From the human T2T-CHM13v2.0 reference genome, Homo sapiens: a DNA stretch of 64,000 bases. The stretch is taken from the NCBI RefSeq assembly GCF_009914755.1, contig NC_060937.1; one strand, written 5' to 3'. The notes beneath the pieces were generated by a model. It made no database searches. It was not told the DNA's origin and worked only from the letters and a program-made list of their open reading frames with translations. The position numbers and the translations under genes are program-made. Positions 14,106-26,623 of the stretch are shown here, piece by piece; position 1 is the stretch's first letter; each line of letters starts with the position of its first letter.

Positions 14106-14941
14106 CTCCTTCACAGCTGCTTCTGTGGCCGTTGTTGATCCCTTCATTCCATCCCTTCATTCCATCCCTTCATTCCATCCCTCTCTGCTTCAAGCCCAGC
14201 TCTGCTGTGGTTCCCCGAAGGAATCATGGCAGTTTGAGATTTGCGTTTCCAGCACTTCTGCTTTAAGCCAGACTGCAGAGGCTGACGCCCTTGGGAATCA
14301 TAGGTTTCCTCCACCGAGGAAACTTTCACCAGAATTGTGGCCTGAGTGGTGGAAGGCTAAGGTTAAATATAGGTATATTTGTGAAGACGGCAGATAGTGG
14401 ATGTCCGCTGGCTGAGATGGTGATCTATTCTGAGATCTGGGTAGTATATTCTAAACAGAACATAGCAAAGGATCACTTTCTCTGTGTCTGAATCACAGAC
14501 ACAGACCTCAGAGCTGGCTGCCTCGGGAGTGCCTTGCTGACGGTCGCTGGAGTTCGTCCATCAGGCGACTGCGGTGGGGCACGGAGAGCAACCGCTGCCT
14601 GGCGGAGACTTTGATGTGCGGCTGAGGCCTGGCGAGGAATTTTATCGTCAGGCATCAGCTGAGATAGGAACGCTGTCAGTCGAGAATTTTCACATTCTAG
14701 AATACGCATTCACCCCAGAGTATTGACTGCAAACCAATGCAGCTTCCACCTTTGGCTCAACACAACTTAATTTCTGAGATGAGTATGATTCATAGGTGTT
14801 TTTGTATTTGAAAATAAAGATGTGTATGATTCAGGTAATTTATTTTGTAGCATGTTAAAGAAAAAAACTGAAAGATTATTTTATTGAGTTTTAGAGAACT
14901 GTGTTTTGGAAGTGAAATCACGTCTCTTTTTTCTTTCCCAG

Positions 14942-15137
14942 CATTGTCGTGGAAGTTCTCCGAATCCTGGTTTTGATTGGTCAGATTCTTTTTTCACTAG
15001 CGGCGGTTTTTCTTTTATGTCTTGTTATAAAGAAGTATCTCATTGGACCCTATTATCGGAAGCTGCACATGGAAAGCAAGGGGAACAAAGAAATCCTGAT
15101 CTTGGGAATATCTGCCTTTATCTTCTTAATGTTAACG
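14942..15137 (+). CDS. TMCO3: TMCO3 coding exon ([65 protein letters not shown])
   Basis: Acceptor ctcttttttctttcccag ends at 14941; donor ACG|gtaatt at 15138. 196 nt. AG|C joins with the previous exon to give Ser. Hydrophobic helices. Confidence 0.95.
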
Positions 15138-15403
15138 GTAATTCTCAAACTATGTGTTATTTATGTAATCTGATACATAATCTCTTTCACTGAAATCTTG
15201 TGATCCATTCTTTACCTTTCCATTTTAATAATGGTTAAAATATTTGAAACATTTACTAGTATTTTTTATTTTATACACACTTTCTTATACTACCCATCAA
15301 AATATAATACAGGGAGCTAAACCCGTTTAACTGGTTTGACTCATACTCTTAAGCACTTTGCTAAAATAGTGTTTGTGAGTATTTCATTAAAAACAAATCC
15401 GTG

Positions 15404-15991
<588 letters not shown>

Positions 15992-16329
15992 ACTGTGATG
16001 ATAAAAAGCGCCATAAACACTAATATCAAACCATGCTACTCTGTCTTAAATTTTCAAATAGCTTTGCACCTGAAATACAAAATTAAGTTTGGAAAAACAG
16101 TTTTTAACTGTGTTGCTCACAAGCTAATTAACTGTATAAGTTCTGCCATGTGAAAGGTTAAAAAATAAAGTTCATTTTGGAAAGTGGGCTTCTGCTTACC
16201 GAGACGACAGTCTTTACATGAGAGTGGCGGGAGATGCTCCTGGACCCCCATAGAGTCTCAGTAGTCCTGACAGCGCACCTGGGCACCGTCACCATTGTCC
16301 CAACAGTGCACCTGTGCACCGTCACTGTT

Positions 16330-16988
16330 CAGCCCGGCAGGTGCTCTTCCTGCTGTTTATCCCAGAGAAATGAAGCCGTGTTCACACAGTAGCCTGTACA
16401 CAGGTGTTTATAGCAGCTTTATTCGTATTAGCCATAAACAGTCCAAAGGTACTTCAGTGGGTAAATAAATGTTCAACAAACTGAGCTATGTCCATACCAC
16501 GGAACGCCACCCAGCAGTAAAACCACCGGCACACACCTCCGAGAACTGCGCAGAGTGGGCAGGCAGCCCCCAAAGGCTGCGTACTGTGTGGTTCTTTTTA
16601 TGTCACATTTATGAGGCGAGAAGATTCTGAAGTTGAGGAAAGGCTCGTGGTTCCCAGGAATTGAGGATGGGCAGTCTGGGGAGGGGCTGGGGATGGCACT
16701 CGCTGTCTTCGCTGTGTCTGTATCGGCACCTGAGTGGGGGTCTGGGGAGGGGATGGGGATGGCATTCGCTGTGTTTGCTGTGTCTATATCGGCACCTGAG
16801 TCGGGGTCTGGGGAGGGACTGGGGATGGATGGCACTCGCTGTCTTTGCTGTGTCCGTATCAGCACCTGAGTGGGATCTTGTGCTGTAATTTGGCAAGATG
16901 TTACCATTGGGGAAACTAAAGGGTAATGAGGACTTTGTATTACTCTTAAAACTGCAGGTTAATATATAATTATCTCAAAATAAAAAGT
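16330..16988 (+). mobile_element. Old L1M 3'-end fragment containing a 66-70-bp repeat in 3 copies (about 16670-16875)
   Basis: tttatcccagagaaatgaa, gtttatagcagctttattcgta and ttaccattggggaaact. cacctgag at 16727, 16793 and 16863. Confidence 0.7.
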
Positions 16989-16992
16989 TTCC

Positions 16993-17249
16993 GGCTGGGC
17001 GCGGTGGCTCACGCCTGTAATCGCAGCACTTTGGGAGGCCGAGGTGGGTAGATCTTCTGAGGTCAGGAGTTCGAGACCAGCTTGGCCAACATGGTGAAAC
17101 CCCGTCTCTACCAAAAATACAAAAATTACCTGGGCATGGTGGCGCCTGCCTGCAGTCCCAGACACTTGGGAGGCTGAGGCAAGAGAATCACTTGAACCCA
17201 GGAGGCAGAGGCAGAGTTGATAGAGCAAGACTGCCTCAAAAAAAAAAAA
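16993..17249 (+). mobile_element. AluS with a deleted right-arm segment
   Basis: Alu consensus; jumps from gcagagttg to agagcaagact. Confidence 0.9.
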
Positions 17250-18084
17250 GTTTCCATTTAAAAAAAGTAAATTAACAAAAATTGTTTCTTATATATAATT
17301 GCCTGCTAATGTTTTGTAAACCTGGGAGGAAATTATGATTTGCTTCTGGTTGTAGTGATTTTAACTATTTCAAGAGTGTGACTTATTTAAATTCTTACAT
17401 TGTTTTATCCATTCCAGAGTATTTTTCTCTTTGAAAATAACTCCCAGCAGAATTGTCTTATCTGGACAACTTCCGTGTTGCCCTCCCAGTGGCTTCTTCC
17501 ATTACAGTGACTCTGCCCGGCTCTCAGGTTTTCTCGCTCTCTGGGCAGCCCTCACCGTGCACCTGCTGCCAGCTGCTTGGGGTGCTGGGCCTTCTGCACA
17601 TCTGCACCCGATGCCACAATGTATTCTTTCCACTGTTCAGTCTTAGGATTCGTTTCCATTTAGAGCTGCTGCCCATTCTCGTGTTTCTGGAAGGTGCTTT
17701 CACTGCTGATGAGCCTAGTAGAGTGCCTGTGGAGGTAGGGTTGCAGGGCCACAGTAAACAGGAGCTCAGCCGTAGCCATGACGTGGGTTTCCCCAAAGTC
17801 GCCATGCCAGCCCGTCCTGCTGCTGTGCCGTGAGCACGCCGTGCCCCACAGCCTCCTTGCACTTGCTCCAGGAGTGGAGCATCTCAGGGCTCTGATGGGG
17901 GCTCCAGCGTCCACTTCCCGATGGCTGGTCCCTCAAGCCCTTTCCAAAGCTCAGTGGCACCTGGGTGTTGTCCTGGCGGTGTTCCTATTAAAGCCTCCAG
18001 GTCGTTATTCTGTAGGGTGAGGATTCTCTTCTCATTTGTAGGAATTATTTTTTATATGCCGGCAGATTTTTTTGTCCTTCTTAA

Positions 18085-19625
18085 AAATTTATTTACTGAG
18101 ATGAAATTCACATAAAATTCGCCATTTTAATCATTTGAAAGTCAGCCTTCAAAATGTTTTGCCACCATCACCACTACCCAATTATATCCACCTCCCCAAA
18201 GGAATCCCCATGGCGCTCAGTTCTCCCCCCAGCTCCTCGAGGCCATGGAGCCACTTCCTGGCCCCGTGGGCCGCTGCTTCTGGCCGTGTCGCGTGGCGGC
18301 TTCCGTGTCTGGCTTCCACTTAGCACCACGTCCTCCAGGCCTGGCCGCGTCGCCGTGCGCACCAGCACTTCGCCCCTTTTTATGGCTGAAAAACATTCCA
18401 TTCCAGCATGTCAGATATGTTTTTGCAAATGTCTTGCAGTTTGTGACTCGCCTTTTCACTCTCTTAACGGTGTCTTTTGATGAACAGAAGTTCTTAATTT
18501 CAGCATCATCGCTTATGAATTGTTTTCTTCGTGGCTATCTTCTGTGTTCTGTGTGAAAGATCCGCCTGCCCCTGGGTCGTGAAGATGCTCTTTACTGTTG
18601 TCAGTGAGCGTTCTGCTGTGCTTTTCTCATTAGATCTTCAGTCCACCCAGAGGTGAGCTTCGGTTGTGTTGGAAGTGAGGGAGTGGATGAGGATTCATTC
18701 ATTCACATGCGTTTCTGAATGCCATGCGTTGAAAAGACCTCCTTCCCCCCTTCTATAGCATCACCCTGTCAAAAACCAAGTAGCCGTGTGTGTGTGCGTG
18801 CATGTGCATGTGTGTGTTCTTTGTGCATGGCATGTGTACCTGTGTGCATGCATGTGTGTGCTTTGTGGTGTGTACATGTATGCTTTGTGGTGTGTGTACA
18901 TGTGTGTGCTTTGTGGCATGTGTACATGTGTGGGGTATGCTTTATGTGATGTGTGTACATGTGCATGCATTCGTTTGCCTTGTGTGGAATGTTACATGTG
19001 CATGTATGTGTTTGTGCATGCATGTGTGTGCTTTGGTGTGGCATGTGTACATGCATGAATGTGTACTTTATGTGGTGTGTGGTTTGTGTACGTGTGTGTG
19101 GCATGTGTGCATGCATACATATGTGCTTTGTGTGGTGTGTGTGTGGTATGTGTTCGTGTGTGTCTGCTTTGTGTGTGGTGTGTGTACCCGTGGCACATGT
19201 GCGTGTGTGTGTGTGTGCACATGCCCCTCTGACTCTGCCCACCTGCCCTCGGCTGCACCGCAGCTTGATCTCCGTGTTTGGGTCCAGCTTTGTTCTGTGC
19301 TAGGGTCGTCTTGGCTCTATTCGTGCTCTTTCCAAATTCCACTCGAGTTTTTAGATTCAGCTGGTCAGTTTCACACACATGAGTCTCTTGGCGCTCCTGT
19401 GCGTCTGTTGGCCAGGGGAGGGAGCATCCGCCGCTCCGCCGTGCTGAGCCCTTGGCGCTGTCATCTGAGTCTTCCGTCTTTCGTGGGTCTCTGTGTCTTG
19501 CAGTGTCAGGTGCAGGCCTTCTTTTGGGTTGAATCCTCAGGATGTGATGTTTTTGTTGCCATTATAAATCGTAGTTCTTTACAAGTTTCTTTTCTTTTCG
19601 TCTGATGCTGCTATCGTCTACAGTT
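18085..19625 (-). mobile_element. Old L1M fragments, GC-shifted, interrupted by a TG-rich tract (18785-19220)
   Basis: tttttatggctgaaaaacattcca, cttttcactctcttaacggtgtcttttgatgaacagaagttcttaattt and ttgaaaagacc. Confidence 0.65.
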
Positions 19626-20253
19626 TTGTTTTCTCAAGATAAAAATCATCTTTCAGGTTGGCCGGTGTCAGCCGTGCGTCATCCGGAAGGCTGCCATAAG
19701 CCTGCGTTTCGCAGAGCTGCGCTGAGGCTCCCGTGTCGCGGCCGTCCGGCCGGCGCGCTGATGTGGCTGCAAACCTGGGTATCAGATCAGCCGCCGTGGA
19801 CACGCCGATGCTTCTCGCTGGCTTCGTGCCCTCCCGGGGCTGTTGCTTGTCGTCCTGTCGCTTTCTCTCTGCTTTGAGGCTGGTAGTGGGAATGCGTTTC
19901 TAACACTCCCACCGGGCTATTCTGATTCAAGGTCAAGAAAATGTATCACAAATATTTAAAACAGTTGGAAAATATTCTCATTCAAAAATTTCAGCGCAAT
20001 CTGTATGGATATTTGTTTCAAATATTTTTAAACAATTTTTTTCTCCCAGTAAGGTTAATTCAACTAATAGCAGCCTCCACATGTCACCTCTCAGACCCAG
20101 CAGACGACCCAGGACCAGACACACACACGCTCTGTTTGTGCAGCTTCTGTGTTTTGTCGTGGTGGCTCTGCTGGGTCTCGGGGTGGCCTTGGGATGGGGG
20201 TGACCCTGGTGCACTGTGGGGTCTCATGTAAAGCTGCGTCCTGCCTCTCTCAG

Positions 20254-20404
20254 GTCACGGAGCTGCTGGACGTCTCCATGGAGCTGGGCTGTTTCCTGGC
20301 TGGAGCGCTCGTCTCCTCTCAGGGCCCCGTGGTCACCGAGGAGATCGCCACCTCCATCGAACCCATCCGCGACTTCCTGGCCATCGTTTTCTTCGCCTCC
20401 ATAG
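20254..20404 (+). CDS. TMCO3: TMCO3 coding exon ([51 protein letters not shown])
   Basis: Acceptor cctgcctctctcag and donor ATAG|gtaatc; 151 nt. [10 protein letters not shown] and [17 protein letters not shown] resemble the KefC/CPA2 motifs SMALGAFLAG and IEPFKGLLLGLFF. Confidence 0.96.
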
Positions 20405-20619
20405 GTAATCTTCCTTCTTTACATTATGATTGTGTTGGTTAAACGTATGCAGAGTGGTTCTGTAATATGTTTACGTGCATATATATTTATATAGCAAAAA
20501 TGGTTATCTTAAAAATTAAGTGTATTCAGCATATTTCAATTTGGATTGCTAGTAGCCAGAAACTGTTTTCTGCTTTATAGAGCGCAGAGAAATCTTATTT
20601 TATTATACTGTTTCTTCTG

Positions 20620-22095
20620 TCCAGCTTTTCCTTTAGGCTCAGGGTACGTGTGTGGGTCTGTGACACGGGTAGTGAGTGTCACAGGGCTTTGGTGTACAGA
20701 TGATTTTGCCACCCAGGTAATAAGCATAGGACCCTCGGCAGTGTTTTAATCCTCACCCTCCTCCTCCCAGCCTCCACCTTGCCCAGGCCCCAGTGTCTCT
20801 TGCTCCCGTCTTTGTGTCCACGTGTACTCGGTGTTGAGCTCCCACTTGTAAGTGAGAACATGTGGTATCTGGTGCTCTGTTCTGGTGTTAATTCCCTGAG
20901 GAGAACGGCCTCCAGCTGCATCCGTGTTGCTGCAAAGGACGTGATTTCATTCTGTTACGGTTGCGTAACATTCCCTGATGTATATGTACCACATTTTCTT
21001 TATCTGGTCCACGGTTGATGGACAGTGGGATCCTTGGAATTCACAATCTGGGCCGATTCTGTGTCTTTGCTGCTGTGAATGGCGCGGTGATGAACGTGTG
21101 AGTGCGTGTGTCTTTATGGCAGAAGGACGTATGTTCCTTTGGGCGCAAACTCAGCAGTGGGATTGCTGGGTCGAATGGTAATTCTGTTTGCAGTTATTTG
21201 AGAAATCTCCAGACTTTCCATCGCGGCTAAACTAATTTACTGTCCTACCAATGGTGTCTAAGTGTTGCCGTTTCTCCACAACCTCGCCAGCGTCTGTTGC
21301 CTTTTGACTTTTTAGAATCGCCATTCTGACTGGTGTGAGATGGTATCTCATTGTGGTTTTGATTTGCGTTTCTCTAATGACCAGTGATGTTGAGCATTGT
21401 TTCCACATACGTGTTGTGTTGGCCGTGTGAATGTCTTTTGAGAAGGGTCTGTTCCTGTCCTTCCCTATTTCCTAATGGGGCTGCTTTTTGCTTGCAGATT
21501 TGTTTAAGTTCCTGATAGATTATAGATATAAGACCTTTGTCAGGTCCATAGTTTGCAAGTATTCTCTCGCATTCGTAGGCTGTCTGCCCTGCTGAGAGCT
21601 GCTTTGCTGGGCGGAAGCTCCTTGGCTCACTTGGTCTCACTTGTCAGTTTGTTACCGTTGCGATTGCGTTTGTAGTCTTCTTCATGAAACCTTTGCCAAG
21701 GCCAACGTTCAGAGGTTTTCTTACAGGGATTTTACAGGGTTCGGCTTTACATTTAAGTTTTTGTTACACCTTGACTTGATTTTTGTATGTGGTGTCAGGA
21801 GGGGGTCCGGTTTCAGTTTTCTGCATGTGGCTGGCCAGCGATCCCAGCACTGTTTGTTGAGTGGGGAGTCCTTTCCCTGGTGCTTGTTATCGTAGGCTTT
21901 GTGGAAGAGCTGATGGCTGTGGGTGTGCGGCCTGATTTCTAGGTCTTCTGCCTGTCCCGATGGCTTGTGTGTTTCTGTGCCAGTGCCATACTGTTCTGGT
22001 TGCTGTAGCCTGTGCTAGAGTTTGGAGTCAGGTGGCCTCCGGTGCCTCCAGCTTTGTTCCTTTTCTTGGAGTTGCTTTGGCTGTTGGGGCTCTTT
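20620..22095 (-). mobile_element. L1P (old L1PA/L1PB-type) 3' portion, antisense
   Basis: ctcccacttgtaagtgagaacatgtggt, gccattctgactggtgtgagatggtatctcattgtggttttgatttg and cctccagctttgttctt. Confidence 0.88.
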
Positions 22096-22119
22096 ATTCT
22101 GCAGGAGGAAGATTATGCC

Positions 22120-23309
22120 ACGCACACGATTGCTGATCACTGCCATGCTTTATTACCGCCGAGATGTGTGGATGATACGCACACGATTGCTGATCACTGC
22201 CATGCTTTATTACCGCTGAGTTGTGTGGATGCCATGCACACGATTGCTGATCACTGCCATGCTTTATTACTGCCCAGATGTGTGGATGATACGCACACGA
22301 TCGCTGATCACTGCCATGCTTTAATACCGCCGAGATATGTGGATGATACGCACACGATCGCTGATCACTGCCATGCTTTATTACCGCCGAGATGTGTGGA
22401 TGATACGCACACGATTGCTGATCACTGCCATGCTTTATTACCGCTGAGTTGTGTGGGTGCCATGCACACGATTGCTGATGACTGCCATGCTTTATTACCG
22501 TCCAGATGTGTGGATGATACGCACACGATTGCTGATCACTGCCATGCTTTATTACCGCCGAGATGTGTGGATGATACGCACACGATCGCTGATCACTGCC
22601 ATGCTTTATTACCGCCGAGATGTGTGGATGATACGCACACGATCGCTGATCACTGCCATGCTTTATTACCGCCGAGATGTGTGGATGATACGCACACGAT
22701 CGCTGATCACTGCCATGCTTTATTACCGCCGAGATGTGTGGATGATACGCACACGATCGCTGATCACTGCCATGCTTTATTACCGCCGAGATGTGTGGAT
22801 GATACGCACACGATCGCTGATCACTGCCATGCTTTATTACCGCCGAGATGTGTGGATGATACGCACACGGTCGCTGATCACTGCCATGCTTTATTACCGC
22901 CGAGATGTGTGGATGATACGCACACGGTCGCTGATCACTGCCATGCTTTATTACCGCCGAGATGTGTGGATGATACGCACACGGTCGCTGATCACTGCCA
23001 TGCTTTATTACCGCCGAGATGTGTGGATGATACGCACACGGTCGCTGATCACTGCCATGCTTTATTACCGCCGAGATGTGTGGATGATACGCACACGGTC
23101 GCTGATCACTGCCATGCTTTATTACCGCCGAGATGTGTGGATGATACGCACACGGTCGCTGATCACTGCCATGCTTTATTACCGCCGAGATGTGTGGATG
23201 ATACGCACACGGTCGCTGATCACTGCCATGCTTTATTACCGCCGAGATGTGTGGATGATACGCACACGGTCGCTGATCACTGCCATGCTTTATTACCGCC
23301 GAGATGTGT
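22120..23309. repeat. 57-bp VNTR, 21 copies
   Basis: gctgatcac recurs every 57 nt from 22132 to 23272 (one copy gctgatgac). Confidence 0.98.
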
Positions 23310-23914
23310 GCTCTCAGTGGGCATTGAAAGCGGCCAGATCACCTTCAGGGGAGAATGCGTGTTATTCTCATCACCTCCTCATCACAGGCACTGGTGCCCA
23401 CACAGGGCAAGTGGTGGGAGCTCAGGGTCAGCCACAGAAACTAACATGTCAGTGGCAAATTTGGAGGAAATACTAACTTTGACACAGAAAGTTTAAACTG
23501 AGCACAGTGAGATGGGCCGCTCTGGAAATCTCCCTTGTCAGGGTCTGTGGAGCAGCCTGGAGTAGTGATTTGAGAGGGTGGAATCACAAGGGATCTGGTG
23601 TCGGGCCACATCCCTGGCAGCTGTCCACTCAGCACAGGGTCTGAGATGCCCTGTGCTTTACAGGGGCCACAGACTCAGCACAACCTCAACCAAACGGAAA
23701 ATTCAAAAGCTGATTCTGAATTTTATGTGGAAATTTGAAGGCCATAAATAGCCGAGGCAGTCCTGAAAGCAGCACAGAGTTGGGAGGCTTGGGCCCCTTG
23801 TCGCAGGTGAAATAGGACCATTCAGCAGGGGCTTCGTGACCTCCTGACCCCAATGCAGCCTCACGAGTCAGTGTGTCCCGGGAGAGCCTCTCGGCTGCCA
23901 TTTGATCCCCTTGC

Positions 23915-24445
23915 TCTGCACCCCCGGCCCTCCGTGTGTGTGACCCCCACCTCCTCCCCCTGCCTCCCGCCCTACCTCTGTCTGTGACCCCCACCTCCTC
24001 CCCCTGCCCCCAGCCCTCCCTGTCCGTGACCACCTCCTCCCCGTGCCCCCCGCCCTACCTCTGTCCGGACCCCACCTCCTCCCCCTGCCCCTCGCCCTCC
24101 CTCTGTCCGTGACCACCTCCTCCCCCTGCGCCCCTACCCTCCCTGTGTGTTACCCCCACCTCCTCTCCCTGCCCCCACTCTGTCCGTGACCCCCACCTCC
24201 TCCCCCTGCCCCCGCCCTCCCTCTGTGGGTGACTCCACTTCCTCCCCCTGCCCCCCGCCCTCCCTGTCCGTGACCCCACCTCCTCCCCCTGCCCTCCCTC
24301 TGTCCATGACCCCCACCTCCTCCCCCTGCCCTCCCCCTGCCCATGACCCCCACCTCCTCCCCCTGCCCATGACCCCCACCTCCTCCCCCTCCCCCCGCCC
24401 TCCATCTGTGTGTGACCCCCACTTCCTCCCCCCGTGCCCCCAACC
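23915..24445. repeat. Degenerate C-rich minisatellite (gtgacccccacctcctccccctgccc)
   Basis: More than 12 variable-length units with extreme C/G strand skew. Confidence 0.9.
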
Positions 24446-25459
24446 TCGCTCCTGGTGACTCCTCCTCAGCAAGCTAAATAAACTGATTTCCTGATCTTCC
24501 TTTCACTTCTTTTAGACGAGGACTAATAAAATGGATCAGGCCTGACCTGATTTTTCCCACATTGCTCCAGCCCCAGGCTGCCCTGGCCGTGGCGTGTGAC
24601 CTGGTGTCTTGTCCGCCGGGGCTTTGTTGAGTGTGCATGTCTGAGAGCTCCTGTTAAAAATCTAAAATTTCATAAATATGTGATTTACACAGACATGCTT
24701 GCCTTGTCTTCAAACTAGAGTTCTTTTATGTTGAGAACCCTTTCTATTCACATCATTCTACGTGTTTTTGCTCTAGTTTTTGGTACTGAGTATATCAGGG
24801 AATTCAAGTTAATTTTTCTGCCATCTGAGAACTTGTTTATAGCTCACTTTTTTCTCTAACTCGGCCAGGACCTTATTTTTGTTCTGGAGTCCAGGCAGCA
24901 CGTAGACGGCATCTGCCCGCTTCAGACGGCACCTTTGCCTCTGTGCGTGGGACCCGATATCCACTTCAGGGCGGCAGAAACCCGGGTGGAGCTCCCAGTT
25001 CCAACAGATGTGTCCGGGCTGCCTGCCCGGTGCAGCCGCAGAGACTCCTCTGCAGGTCAGCCACAGCCACAGCCACAGCCACCTGCAGGCTGGCAGGCGT
25101 CGCTCTCAGGTTCCCGCCCCGAGGCTCGTGCCCGCTGGGTGAGGCCCAGGCTGTGCTTCTGAGTCGAGGCTGCATCTGAAGGGTGTGAAAGGGGCAGGGC
25201 AATCTTTAGGCCCTGAGTGAGGAAGGGCTGCTGCGCCGAAGGATGGCCCAGAAGGCACCACAGAGCAAGGTCGGGGTCTCGTGGACGGCACGTGGCAGTG
25301 TGGCTCCGGCCCAGGTTTCGGAGCAGGTGGTCTTCCCACTAGATGAGGGTTCGCCAGCTGCGGCCCAAGGCCTGCTCACCACCTGCCTTTGTAAATGCAG
25401 CTCTATGGAAACAGCCACGCTTGCTCATTTACTCTTTATCAGCAGCCGCTGTTGGGCTA

Positions 25460-25770
25460 CTTATTAGCTCGGGCCATCAACAAAATCCTCCAGACCGGGC
25501 ACTCAAACAGTAGATGATTATCTCTCACCGTTGTGGGGGCTGGAAGTCCAAGATCCAGGTGTCTGGCGAGGGCCATGCCTGCTCCACAGATGGTGCCTCC
25601 TGGCTGTGTCATCCGTGGCTCAGCCGCCATGGCCTGCGCGGAGAGATTAGGTTCTCACGCATGTGGCCTCATTTTGCCTTAAGTAGCTCCCGCAGACCCT
25701 GTCTCCAGATACAGCCACACTGGGGCTGGAGCCTGAACGTAGGAGTTCGCAGGACACAGCTCAGTCCACA
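25460..25770 (-). mobile_element. MaLR LTR (MLT1-like)
   Basis: tctcaccgttgtgggggctggaagtccaagatccaggtgtc and ccctgtctccagatacagccacactgggg. Confidence 0.65.
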
Positions 25771-26496
25771 GCAGGTGTTCGTCCATAAAGCACGAAGTGT
25801 TTTCCATCTTGGCCTTTGTGGAAGATGCCTGCCCAGCTCCCTAATTCCTAGTCACTCCAGCTTTATCGACAATGTCAGTCATTGGGTGTGTCTTGTGAAA
25901 TTTACAGCAAGGATTTCATCCTCTTCTCATGTTCCCCGCATTCAGAAGCAGGCAGCTGGCTCTGGGACAGTGCTGGGAGCTGCCTTGCTGTTGGGCGTCC
26001 CTCCCTGGTGGATGCAGGTGTGCGCCCCCGCCAGCCTCGCTCACCTTCACGCCATGGCCTGGTGCCTGTGCAGGCAGCGTCCTTAGCAGCCCTGAACCAG
26101 GCACATACCTCACATGGCAAATTTCCTTTACTCAGCCTCCAAATCCACATTCACAGATGAGGAAACTGAGGCACACAGAGATTGAAACATCGAGCTGGGT
26201 CCACAGTGAATGTGGTGCTCCTGGGTGCTGTGGAGCCGGTGGGGCCCAGGAACCCAAGACTTGAGCCCAGAGCCCACATAGTTTCTCAGTGCTACACCAA
26301 GTATAGGTTTGATGTTTGTTTTGAGAATAAATGACCCTGCATAGAAAAGTCAGCATAGCTCATTAAAGAAATTGAAGGGAGGTTTCCTGTCTCTCATTTT
26401 CATTGCTGTTTCTGGGACTGACTGGAATGCATTAGGCTCCATAATTATTGGCTCACTCCCCCCACCCCCACTCCGCCCCCAGGGCCAGGAACTCTT

Positions 26497-26623
26497 AGCT
26501 CAGGCAGGGGTGGAGTGAGCCATGTTCCCAGGGCAGCCCTGCCTTGAAGGAGCTTGCACTGAGCTCAGGCAGGGGTGGAGTGAGCCATGTCCCCAGGGCA
26601 GCCCTGCCTTGAAGGAGCTTGCA
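26497..26623. repeat. 65-bp tandem duplication
   Basis: agctcaggcaggggtggagtgagccatg at 26497 and 26562. Confidence 0.9.

Noticed and set aside
22012-23496. 494-aa and 341-aa His/Cys/Asp-rich ORFs that look like a metal-binding repeat protein
   Set aside because: Translations of the 57-bp VNTR. They start at non-ATG codons in L1 or repeat sequence, inside an intron, with no exon structure.
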